From the human T2T-CHM13v2.0 reference genome, Homo sapiens, in assembly GCF_009914755.1 (NCBI RefSeq), contig NC_060937.1: a stretch of DNA of 64,000 bases; one strand, 5' to 3'. Positions within the stretch are counted from its first letter, which is position 1. Every line of letters begins with the position of its first letter. A model generated the notes under the pieces. The model saw only the letters and a program-made list of their open reading frames with translations. It did not search any database and had not been told where the DNA came from. The position numbers and the translations under genes were made by a program. Shown in pieces: positions 28,143-39,619 of this stretch.

Positions 28143-28398
28143 TGAGGTTGATCGGGGTTTATCGATTACAGAACAGGCTCCTCTAGAGGGATATGAAGCA
28201 CCGCCAGGTCCTTTGAGTTTTAAGCTGTGGCTCGTAGTGTTCTGGCGAGCAGTTTTGTTGATTTAACTGTTGAGGTTTAGGGCTAAGCATAGTGGGGTAT
28301 CTAATCCCAGTTTGGGTCTTAGCTATTGCGTGTTCAGATATGTTAAAGCCACTTTCGTAGTTTATTTTGTATCAACTGGAGTTTTTTACAACTCAGGT
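28143..28398 (-). pseudogene. NUMT: nuclear copy of part of mitochondrial 12S rRNA (MT-RNR1, about m.982-1237)
   Basis: Reverse complement reads ACCTGAGTTGTAAAAAACTCC...AAACTGGGATTAGATACCCCACTATGC...CAAAGGACCTGGCGGTGCTTC...CTAGAGGAGCCTGTTCTGTAATCGATAAACCCCGATCAACCTCA, the human 12S sequence. Confidence 0.97.
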
Positions 28399-28544
28399 CT
28401 CTGTTGACTGCTGCAAAATGGTTCAGATACAAACTCTCTAATACATTGTTTCCCTTTTTTTGTTTACCAGAAACACAGGATTCAATTCAATACTTTTATT
28501 TACTTCATTAAAATGAAAATAGGTTGAAAAAGAGGTAATGTAAA

Positions 28545-28770
28545 TAATAGCTAACATTTATTGAGTGGTTACTATGCACCAAGCACTGTGATTTATATAC
28601 ACAGCTCATATAAATGAAATTGTAACAACATACACAGGGAGTAGGAACTATTACTGTCTTTATTCCACAGCTGAAGAAAATGAAGCTTAGAGATTTTAAA
28701 TACCTTGCCCAAAGTCAAACACAGCTAGTAAATGATGGAGCTGGAATCTCAACCCGTATCTCACAGACTT
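28545..28770 (-). mobile_element. MIR SINE
   Basis: TAATAGCTAACATTTATTGAGT...CCTTGCCCAAAGTCA...CAGCTAGTAAATGATGGAGCTGG. Confidence 0.8.
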
Positions 28771-30418
28771 TGCAGGAGGAAGAAAAAAAGGGAGAAGGCG
28801 AGAAGGGAAGAAAAGGTGAGAGAAAGAACAGGAGAAATCTGGTCCACTGTTCATGTATTAACCTCCAGGTAACTGTGGTTTTTTAAGTCTTCTTGCATTA
28901 GATTTACATGCAAGTACTTTGTCTCCTTAAGCACACAACCGACAAATTTAGCTTCTATAGCAAAGGTTATTTTTTCTATTTCTCTTCAATGTCTTCACAA
29001 GCCCTAATATAACACTCTTCTTGGTGCAGATAAATAAATGATGTTGACAAACACCCAAGGTAAACCATTCCGAGTAGACATGTGTAGTCTCCAGGGTGTT
29101 ATATTGGAAATGACAGCCACACCAGGGTGAAATGCTCAAGCATTTAAAACAATATTCTGGAATTTATGAGTTGGTGCTTAAAAATAATGGCCCCAAAATG
29201 CCTCAAAATATGCACACACCAAACAGAACCTCACCTCTGTATTTATTGTTGAGTAATAAAAATGTGTAGAAAAAGGATTTGATGGTAAATAGTCTTATTA
29301 AACCTAGGAGCCATGCACACAGCTACGATGGAGCATTGGGCCAAATAATGCCCATTGAGCTATAATTCTGTCAAGAAGGGACACATAAACACCCCTGATG
29401 GAATTAGAGGCTTATACTGGATGGTAAATGTACCTTCTTGTTTATAAATATAATGTCAGATTAAACTGTGGTGGTAGCCATCGTGTCATTACTTCTCAGA
29501 AGCAAAACCATGTATGGAATCCTTTAGTTTTTCTTAAGAAAGCTGAAAATGAGACTCTACACATGGGTAAGGTGAAGGGGGCACACTGCTGACTGGAATG
29601 AACATGGCAGGAAAATTCTCTTTAAGGAAAATATATAAACAATACAAAATGGTGGGCATTAAAAAAGATTAGCTCTGACATGGGGTGGGGATTTTTTTTC
29701 TTTGTCATTGTTCAAAGCTGAATAGCAATAAGATTGCAAACTGCAGCACTTCATAATAGAATTAAACCTCCTTGTATAATGAGGTTCATTATAAATGACA
29801 TGCATAATTCCAATTCTATTCTGTGTTGATTCCATCTTTTGTTGCTGAGACAGACTGCTTTAATGGGCAAAGGAACCAGGCCACACTTAAAACACACTTA
29901 ATATTTTGCAGGAGTGTTTTGTTTCCTTTCTTGTTTCAGTAAGTCAGGGTATGCTTTACACAAAAATATCCATTTGGATGTAGCGTTCTTATGTAATAAA
30001 GTGTACACCATTCAGGAGAGTATTTTAAAAATCTTCAGTGATGAAATAGTGTATGTAAAGATGTATTTCCTGGTGAGTCAATTTCATCTGCTATTAACCA
30101 AAAAAGGCAAACAACATAGGAAAATTGTTTGATTAGTGTGGATTTTCAAGGCTGTATACTTATTACTGCCAGCCCACCACCTCCACCCTCACTACTCAAA
30201 TCTTTGGAGAAAATCAAATGCAGTAAGACACGATGGAATATCTGAGGAGAAAATAAAGGAAACAGAACTATACAGGATAAATAAAAACAAAGACAGTGCA
30301 GGTAAAAGATACACATAGTCAACTTAACAATGGATTTTAAAACTCCACTGAGTTAAACATGGGACAATGACAAGGTGAACCCACTGCTAGAATGTCCACC
30401 ACCTCACTCAGCCCCTGC

Positions 30419-30576
30419 CCCTTCCTTCCTTCCTTCCTTCCTTCCCTCCCTCCCTCCCCCTTCCTTCCTTCCTTCCTTCCTTCCTTCCTTCCTTCCTTCC
30501 TTCCTTCCTTCCTTCCTTCCTTCCTTCCTTCCTTCCTTCCTTCCTTCCTTCCTTCCTTCCTTCCTTCCTTCCTTCC
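30419..30576. repeat. (CCTT)n microsatellite, polypyrimidine/polypurine tract
   Basis: Long pure CCTT run; source of the GRKE and LPSF ORFs. Confidence 0.98.
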
Positions 30577-32214
30577 CCCCACATCATGGCTTTCCCACAA
30601 GGCCCTGGAGAGCGCAGAGAAACACATTTCCAGGGATCTGGTCTCTAGGACACTGCACACCTGGGGAGTCTGCAACCTGATGTCAGCTATTTTATCTGTC
30701 CGCTCTGTTCTCTTCTTGCTGTTTGATTACAGAGAAGTGAAGAAATAAGTGCCCATGCTTGAGAAGTTCTCTTCCAAGTGTGGTATCTTGGGCTAAGCTT
30801 ATCTACTCTAAGAGAATTTCAAATTTGCACATGATTTCCCCACACACTCACCCCAATCCAAGCACAAGCCAGAGAACATTGTGGTTTGCATGGTTCTTTC
30901 TGGCACCATTATTCAAATCATTTTGAAGTTTCTTGAATTTCAATAGGAGGCAAAGGCCACCAAATGTCTTAGGTCCAGAATATATTCCATCCTTGCTGCA
31001 ATAACAATAGATGATTTCATAAACATTCACGTGAATGTGATATACCACATCCAGTCAGGACCAATGAAGAGAATCATGGATTCCATGGAGAAATCAACAC
31101 ATTCCTTTGGCCCTAGGTTCTGTATCATTTCCCTCTATTTACCCATAATAAGGGTTTAAATGTACATCACAGAAAATGAGTTCTACCTGGGATTTCTTCC
31201 TTCTCTGTTAAATGTACAATGGTGCTTCAGAGAAGTCTGCAGTTTACAAGTAGTTTCCTGAAAGGGTTGACATCAAACACTGAGAAAAGTCCCAAGAGAA
31301 AGTTGCTATGGTGGAGTGAAGGAAGAGATGCTGGGTCACAAGTGCAGCACATTTGTGTGGGCAGATGAGAACAACCACAGGAATGAAAAGGAGGCCATAA
31401 TTAGAATCATATAAATTAGACATAAAAGAAACCTATTAGTTCATCTCAATCATCCCTAAAGGGGCCAGCATAAGGCCGTTCCCTGCAAAGCATTTTCAAT
31501 ACTTTGTCTATATCATTTTTAACAGGCTTATGAGATGATGTGCTTTCATTATCTGGGTGGAACGGGGCTGTAATTCTTTTAAATAATAAGGAATCTTTAA
31601 TCTTAGCAGTGAACATTTTAACAAGGAGTTAATGTTTGCAAGACATGTACGGAAAGCAGGGTTGTCCACGTGTTTATGTTTTCAAGTACACATGAAACGT
31701 CCCTCAACACAGTCATTTCACAAATATTACCCAACGGCACTCTCAGGTACATGTGAATATTTGCTCTTTTTTCAAGAATCTTGCAATCGATAGTCCAAGG
31801 AAATAATCTGTTATCTGTGAAAAGGCTAAAATCAGTAAAAAATAAGAAATTATTTCCTTGAATTATTGTTCCCAGAATTCTTAACAAAGAACAAAAGAGG
31901 AAGAGGGGAGACAGGTGGGTTTGGCCTCTCTTCCTGAAGATGGCAGCACTTGACTCAGCAGGTTCAAATAAACTTTTGGTTCTGGATCAATTGCCCTAAT
32001 GTCACTTACAGGGAGAGTGCACGATCTTCTACAATACATGGAGGTGGGGGCGAGACTGTAGGTGAAATCCTAAAACACCTCATAAAAGGGGTAGTCAGCC
32101 CTAAAAATGGAAGCTGTGACCTTGAAAGCTTGGAATAAGTCAAGTGGGTGGCCCACAACCAACACGGAGAAGCTAAGTCAAAGATGTTTTTACCAGCAGC
32201 TATGCAGAGGGAAG

Positions 32215-32510
32215 GTTGAGATGCTCTTTGACTTACCAGCTGCATGATCTTTGGCAATTATTTGATCTCTCTAAAGCCACAGTTGTTTCATTTGTAAAAG
32301 TTATTTATTTTTTCTTTCAAGAAATACTAAGCATCTACTACGTGCCAGGCCCTCCACCGGATGCTGAGATTACAACAGTACACAAATCCAGCAATGTCTT
32401 CTTCCACGCATGTAATGAGGGTGCCAACTCAAGGCTGTGGTGAGGACTGAATTAGGTCATGCTATGGAGCTTATGTTTTGGCACATGGAAAGTGCTTAGT
32501 GAGTATTAGC
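32215..32510 (+). mobile_element. MIR SINE with embedded antisense L2 3' fragment
   Basis: CTTACCAGCTGCATGATCTTTGGCAA...CATTTGTAAAA; AAGCATCTACTACGTGCCAGG; GGCACATGGAAAGTGCTTAG. Confidence 0.6.
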
Positions 32511-32576
32511 TTGATTGCTGCTATGATAATATCTGGAATTGAGTAAGCCACTTTTATAAGATTTCTGGATACTTAT

Positions 32577-32935
32577 TGATATGGTTTGGCTCTGTGTCTC
32601 CATCCAAATCTCACCTTGAATTGTAATAATCCCCACTTGTCAAGGGAGGGACCAGGTGGAGGTAATTGAATCATGGGGTTAGTTTCTCCCATGCTGTTCC
32701 CGTGATAGTGAGTGAGTTGTCACAAGATCTGATGGTTTTATAAGTGTCTGGCATTTTCCCTGCTGGCACTCATTCTCTCTCCTTCCACCCTGTGAAGAAG
32801 TGCCTTCTGCTGTGATTGTAAGTTTGCTGAGGCCTTCCCAGCCATGTGGAACTGTGAGTCAATTAAACCTCTTTTCTTTATAAATGACCCAGTCTTGGGT
32901 CCTTCTTCATGGCAGCGTGAGAATGGACTAATACA
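32577..32935 (+). mobile_element. THE1D/MST-type MaLR solo LTR
   Basis: TGATATGGTTTGGCTCTGTG...GGACTAATACA; TSD CTTAT/CTTAC. Confidence 0.92.
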
Positions 32936-33519
32936 CTTACCTCTGAGGAACAGATGACAAAGTATGCACTGTATAGTAACATATTTTGGAAAATTGGTAT
33001 CTTTACATTTTTATTTTCTTAAATAATCACACTTTCAGAAAGAAGAGTTCACTTTTGCTTTCTCAAATTCCTTCCCTCTGAGTCATTCCTAAACGAATGT
33101 GGGTTCTCTGCCCACCACTACTTTCAGTTTAGCAATTCCTTTTTGTGCACCTACTGCATGCCAGGTGCTATGACAATATGGGAAACTGCAACAGGGGCTC
33201 AGGAACCTCTGAGAGGAGCTCCTGCAGGTGATGAGCAGGAAGTATCAGGCCGAGAGGCAGCACAACCAAGGAAGGAGAGCCAGCACATGAGAGTAATGGG
33301 GTCTGGGGCCCCCAAAGAGGTGCCACCATTCACCCAGTTGGTCTTTTCAGAAACGTTTGCTCTGTAGCTCATGCCTAATAGGTTCCAAATTCTGTAGAGT
33401 CCACCCCTTAAACATTTTTGAAAATTCAGCCATTACTCTTTATCTCTATTGTCATGTTTTCAATTCAGACATGTGTCCTCTCTCAATCATTGCCATGACT
33501 CAGGAATTGAAACTCATTT

Positions 33520-34018
33520 TGCTGCTGAAACACTAGGGGTTCAGTCTTGGTCCTGCTGCTTGCTGCACAGAAAGCCAATCACTGAGATGATGAGTACTGC
33601 CAGAGAAGAAGGCTTTAATTGGGTGCTGCAGCCAAGAAGATGGGAGATCAGTCTCAAATCCCTTTCCCTGACTGACTAAAATTAGGGGTTTATATAGAAG
33701 AGAAGAAATGTAACCTTGTGTAGTAAAACAGGAAGTAGGGAGGAGTGAGGAAGAGGAGTTGGTCAACAGGTGGCAGGCAATCAGTTTGGCTATTATGATC
33801 GTGATGATGAGGGGTCTGGAATCTCATTGTCCAGATGTGGTGATCTGGTGAGTTTCAGCTCCTGATACTACCTGGGAGCCCTGATGGTTGTTTTTTGAGA
33901 AAAGAACTCAGATAAGAAAAATGTATCCTTCTCAAGTTTTAAGATGGGAGGATCAGTTTCTATGTTTATTCAAAGAAACCATAAACATCAGTTCTATGAG
34001 ATAATTGGGTCAGTTTCG
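33520..34018 (-). mobile_element. MER66-like ERV1 solo LTR
   Basis: GAAACACTAGGGGTTCAGTC...AAAGCCAATCACTGAG...GAAACCATAAACATCAGTTCTATG matches recalled consensus. Confidence 0.75.
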
Positions 34019-34029
34019 GATTCACCCTG

Positions 34030-34311
34030 TAGAGTTCCTCAACCTTGGCATTGTTGACATGTGGGGATGGATAATTCTTTGTTTTGTGGAAAGTGCCCTG
34101 TGCATTGTAGAATGTTTAGCAACATCCCTAAGATCTATCTACTAGATAGCAGCAGCAACTGCCTCCCCCACTGTGACAGCCAAAAATGTCTCCAGATACT
34201 GCCAAAGTCCCCTAGGAGGTAAAATATCCCCAGTTAAGAACCACTGCAGTGCCCCAGATACTGCCAAAAGTCCCCTAGGAGGTAAAACATCCCCATATAA
34301 GAACAACTGCA
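34030..34311. mobile_element. MER3/MER20-type hAT-Charlie MITE with duplicated terminus
   Basis: CTCAACCTTGGCA...GTGCATTGTAGAATGTTTAGCAACATCCCT...CCCCAGTTAAGAACCACTG; last ~57 bp repeated. Confidence 0.85.
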
Positions 34312-34689
34312 AAGCTCTTCATGAAATTCATGCATGTTTTGTTCACTCACCTGCCTCTGGTCTTTGCTCAAATGTCCCTGAATTGGTAGGGCCACACTTG
34401 GCCGTCTTATTAAGATTACAGTTCGTACCACACCTCTGCTCTACCTCCATCTGGCCACTCCTTCTCATTGATCACCTTTATTTAGATCCCTAACATTATC
34501 ACCACCTGATGTATTTTGCCTCTTTAATTGGCTTAGTGTCTGTCTCTCCTTCCACATTAATAAGAGTGAGCTCCATCTCCATCTTTTTTGTTATTTGTCC
34601 ACCTCATGCCTTCTTAGTAGTGTCTTGGCTTTGGTATCAGCTCCCTATGTTCCTTTTTCCCCAGTCTAACTCCCAGATATCAAAACATC

Positions 34690-35230
34690 TCTAATCATCA
34701 CTGAATCATGAAATCATGATAGCATCATCCTACCCACAGTTTCCCATTGCACCTGTCAACAATGGATAATGTTCTGAAACCGCTCACGTGACCAGCTGGG
34801 GCCCTTGCTCAGCCATTCAGCCTCTGCTTCTGTCTCTCCCTCCTCCAACTCATGCTATGATCCAGGATACAGTCAGATCAGCTTCCAGTGACTTCTGGCT
34901 TGTGTGCGTCTTTTCTGTCTGTCCTAAATGCTCTCGCTACATCTTTCCACCAGGTAAATAACTGCATCCTTCATGGATCACCTCAGGTGTTAACTGTTGG
35001 ATAAATCCTTTCCTGATTCTCACATAGAGCTTGGTTCTCCTTTTCCATGCTTCTATACATTGTTCCTACCTCCATAAACATACATATTTAATTCCATGAG
35101 GAAAATGGACTGCATCTTAGGTTCTTTACAAGTTTGTTTTCAGAACAATGTACCTTTACATCCTGGGCTACCAGTACAGCACTGAGCATGGAGCAGAACT
35201 CATAAGTGCCTGCCAAATACCCAAATGAAC
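34690..35230 (+). mobile_element. L2 LINE remnant
   Basis: Pyrimidine-rich L2-like text ending CAGCACTGAGCATGGAGCAGAACTCATAAGTG...AAATGAA. Confidence 0.5.
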
Positions 35231-35285
35231 CTTACTTTGTATATTGTCTTGTTTCATGGATGTCCATGAAACCTTGTATTACCCT

Positions 35286-38143
35286 AAAGCTATTGTTATC
35301 AAACTGTGTGATGAAGTGCCCCAAGGGGTCACAGAGGACATGCAGGGGACCATGGAATATTTTGTATACTTAAGGGAAATACAACCACATTCAACATCTG
35401 TTGGCCATCCCATGAACCAGTTCCAGGTAATCCACAGTCTCAATATTAGGTCATGTGACACTTCATTTGATGACATCATATCTTGGTAAAAAACTGGATT
35501 TTTTACTATTACTGTGATGAAAAGCAAGTCCCACATGAACGACAGTGTGAATAGGAATTAAAGGTGTTGTGTTCAATCTGATCCAAGATTTGTCCAATTA
35601 TGAAGTTCCCAACAGATATACATATGATCTTACTAATTATTTAAAAGTGAAATAAATATTTTTTCATTCAATATATCTATATTATTTTTTAAATGACTAC
35701 CACATTTTAGGATATAAGCACTTATTAAGATGTTTAAACCTAACTGCTTAGTAAGTATTGTATTAGCCAGTTCTCATGCTGCTAATAAAGACATATCTAG
35801 GACTGAGTAATTTATAAAGGAAAGAGGCTTAATGGACTCACAGTTCTAGATGGCTGGGGGGCCTCGCAATCAAGGCAGAAGATGAAGGAAGGGTAAAGGG
35901 ATGTCTTACATAGTGGCAGGCAAGAGGGCATGTGTAGGGAAACTCCCCTTTATAAAATCATCAGATCTCGTGAGATTTATTCACTATCATGAGAACAGCA
36001 TGGGAAAGACCCACCCCCATGATTAAATTACTTCCCATTGGGTCCCTCCCATGACACGTGAGAATTATGTAAAAATTATGGGAGCTACAATTCATGATGA
36101 GATTTGGGTGGGGTCAGAGCCAAACCATATCATTCCACGCTGGCCCCTCCCAAATCTCATGTGCCCACATTTCAAAACCAATCATGACTTCCTAACAGTC
36201 CAACAAAGTCTTAACTCATTTCAGTATTAACTTCAAAGTTCACAGTCCAAAGTCTCATTTGAGACAAGGCAAGTCCCTTCTGCCTATGAGCTTGTAAAAA
36301 CAAAAGCAAGTTAGTTACTTCTTAGATACAATGGGGATACAGGCATTGGGTAAATACACCCATTCCAAATGAAAGAAATTGGCCAAAATGAAGGGGCTAC
36401 AGGCCCCGTGAAAGCCCAAAATCCAATGGGGCAGTCAAATCCTAAGGGTCCAGAATGATTCCCTTTGACTCCATGTCTCACATCCAAGTCATGCTGATGC
36501 AAGAGGTGGGCTTCCATGGCCTTGGGCAGCTCCGCCCCTGTGGCTTTGCAGAGTACAGCCCTCCTCCTGGATGCTTTCATAGGCTGGTGTGGTCTGTGGC
36601 TTTTCCAGACACATGGTACAAGCTGTCAGTGGATCTACCATTTTGGGGTCTGGAGGATGGTAGCCCTCTTCTCACAGCTTCACTAAGCAGTGCCTCAGTA
36701 GGGACTCCATACGGGGGCTCTGACCCCACATTTTCCTTCTGCATGTCCTAGCAGAGGTTTTTCATGAGGGCTCCACTCCTGCAGCATACCTCTGCCTGGA
36801 CATCCAGGTGTTTCCATACCTCCTCTGCAATCTAGGTGGAGGTTCCCAAACCTCATTTCTTGACTTCTGTGCACCCACAAGCTCAACAGCACATGGAAGC
36901 TGCCAAGGCTTGGAGCTTGCACCCTCTGAAGCCATAGCCCGAGCTGTACCTTTGCCCTTTTTAGCCATGGCTGGAGCAGGTGGGACACAGGGCTGGAAGT
37001 CCTTAGGCTGCACATTGCAAGGGGGCCCTGAGCCCAGCCTAGGATATCATTTTTTCATCTTGGACCTCTAGGCCCATGATGGGAAGGGATGCTGTGAAGG
37101 TCTCTTACATGCCCTGGAAATATTCTCCCCATTATCTTGGTGATTAACATTCAGCTCCTTGTTACTTATGCAAATTTCTGCAGCCAGCTTAAATTTTTCT
37201 CCAGAAGTGGGTTTTTCTTTTATATTACATCATTAGGCTGAAAATTTTCCAAACTTTTATGCTCTGCTTCTTCTTGAATGCCTCGCTGCTTAGAAATTTC
37301 TTCCCCTAGATACCTTAAATTATCTCTCTCAAGTTCAAAGTTCCACAGATGTCTAGGGCAGGGGCAAAATGCCACCAGTCTCTTTCCATAGCAAGAGTGA
37401 CCTTCACTCCAGTTCCCAACAAGTTTCTCTTCTCCATCTCAGACCACCTCAGCCTGGATCTTATTGTCCATATCACTATCACCATTTTGATCAAAGCCAT
37501 TCAACAAGTCTCTAGGAAGTTCCAAACTTTCCCACATTTTCCTGTCTTCTTCTGAGCCCTCCAAACTGTTCCAACCACTGTCTGTTACCCAGTTTCAAAG
37601 TTGCTTCCACATTTTCAGGTATCTTTATAGCAGTATCCCACCATCTGGTAGCAATTTACTGTATTAGTCCGTTCTCATGCTGCTAATAAAGACATACCCA
37701 AGACTGGGTAATTTATAAAGGAAAGCGTTTTAATGGACTCACAGCTCCACATGACTGGTGAGGTCTCACAATCATGTCAAAAGACAAAGGAAGAGCAAAG
37801 GCACATCTTATCTGGCAGCAGGCAAGAGGGCATGTGTAGGGGAACTTTCCTTTATAAAACCATCAGATCTTGTGAGACTTATTCACTATCATGAGAACAG
37901 AACAGGAAAGACCCATCCCCACAATTCAATTACCTCCCACCAGGTCCCTCCCACAACACATGGGAATTATGGGGGCTACAATTCAAGATGAGATTTGAGT
38001 GATACACAGTCAAACTACATCAAGTATTAAGTATAAATAAGTATTTAATAAACATATACTGTTAGGTAGTTGTTTTGGCCTGGGCATGCTAGAGGAAAAA
38101 AAAACAGCTGAGGCACTAAGGGTCAGAGAGTTTAGAAACCTCT
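35286..38143. mobile_element. hAT-Charlie-like DNA transposon remnant (35286-35758 and 38028-38143) split by THE1
   Basis: TIR-like ends ...GTTATCAAACTGTGTG and AGTTTAGAAACCTCT; Charlie-type GGATTTTT...CTGTGATGAAAAGCAAG...CAAGATTTG. Confidence 0.55.
35759..38022 (-). mobile_element. Full-length THE1 (THE1C-like) MaLR: LTR 35759-36132, internal 36133-37659, LTR 37660-38022
   Basis: Two direct LTRs, ~1.5-kb internal region, polypurine tract next to the left LTR, perfect 5-bp TSD AGTAT at 35754-35758 and 38023-38027. Confidence 0.96.
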
Positions 38144-38403
38144 TCCCTAAAGAAGGAATTACTGGTTAGAGTCCTTATTGGCAAGCAATAGATGCTGATT
38201 CTGGCTGACTTCTGCAAAATAAATACATTTATTAAAATAGTATTACGGAGTTTTCAGAATCACTGAAATAGCTTTAAGATGAAGCTTGGAGCCAAAACTT
38301 CCAGGAACAATGCCCACAACTACAACCTCTAGACCTGACAAGAGAGAACTTGCAAACGTGCTTCTCTGTGCTGGAAACTCAATATTGCTCTGGAAATAGA
38401 GAA

Positions 38404-38642
38404 CAGGGAGACAGAGAGAGGAGAGAGAAATACAGAGAGAGAAATACCGAAAGAGATAGAAAGATTGAGGATACATTAAGAGAGACAAAGATGTATTGAG
38501 AGAGAAAGAGAGAGAGACTGAGGCAGGAAGAGAGAGGGAAAGACAGGCAGAGAGAGATTGGAAGAGACAGGAAGAGAGGGATTGAGAGAGACAGATTAGG
38601 AGAGAGAAGTAAAGGCATATTGAGAGAGAAAGAGAGAGAAGG
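38404..38642. repeat. GA-rich low-complexity repeat
   Basis: Degenerate (GA)n seen directly. Confidence 0.9.
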
Positions 38643-38682
38643 AACTATTGGGTAAATAGGTATAAATACTTTAACAATAGAA

Positions 38683-39619
38683 TTTTTTTATTACTATACT
38701 TTAAGTTCTGGAATACATGTGCAGAACATGCAGGCTTGTTACATAGGTATACATGTGCCATGGTGGTTTGTTGCACCCATCAACCCGTCATCTACATTAG
38801 GTATTTCTCCTAATGTTATCCCTCCCCTAGCCCCCCACCCCCTGACAGGCCCCATTGTGTGATGTTCTGCTCTCTGTGTCCATGTATTCTCGTTGTTCAA
38901 CTTCCACTTATGAGTGAGAACATGTGGTGTTTGGTTTTCTGTTTCTGTGTTAGTTTGCTGGGAATGATGGTTTCCAGCTTCATCCATGGAGAAAATGTTT
39001 GCAATCTATCCATCTGACAAAGGGCTAATATCCAGCATCTACAAGGAACTTAAACAAATTTACAAGAAAAAAAAAAAGCAACCCCATCAGAAAGTAGGCG
39101 AACAATATGAACAGACACTTCTCAAAAGAAGACACTTATGTGCCAACAAACATATGAAAAAAAGCTCATCATCACTGGTCATTACAGAAATGCAAATCAA
39201 AACCACAGTGAGATACCATCTCATGCCAGTTACAATGGTGATCATTAAAAAGTCAGGAAACAATAGATTCTGGAGATGTAAAGAAATAGGAATGCTTTTA
39301 CATTGTTGGTGGGAGTATAAATTAGTTCAACCATTGTGGAAGACAGTGTGGCGATTCCTCAAGGATCTAGAACCAGAAATACCATTTGACCCAGCTATCC
39401 CATTACTGGATATATACCCAAAGGATTATAAACCATTATACTATAAAGACATTTGCACACATATGTTTATTGCAGCACTATTCACAATAGCAAAGACTTG
39501 GCGCCAACCCAAATGCCCATCAATGATAGTCTGGATAAAGAAAATGTGGCACATATACACCATGGAATAGAATGCAGACATAAAAAAGGATGAATTCATG
39601 TCCTTTGCAGGGACATGGA
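38683..39619 (-). mobile_element. 5'-inverted L1PA: 3' end on minus 38683-38988, inverted ORF2 piece on plus 38986-39619
   Basis: Plus ORF 38986-39570 is the ORF2 C-terminus ([23 protein letters not shown]); the two pieces abut in L1 at GGGACATGG|ATGAAG. Confidence 0.93.

Noticed and set aside
28143-28398. Functional rRNA gene, contamination, or MOTS-c peptide copy
   Set aside because: Only about a quarter of 12S; it has its own substitutions and structured junctions; the MOTS-c reading frame lies downstream of the copied interval.
30337-30748. GRKE- and LPSF-repeat ORFs
   Set aside because: Translation of the (CCTT)n microsatellite.
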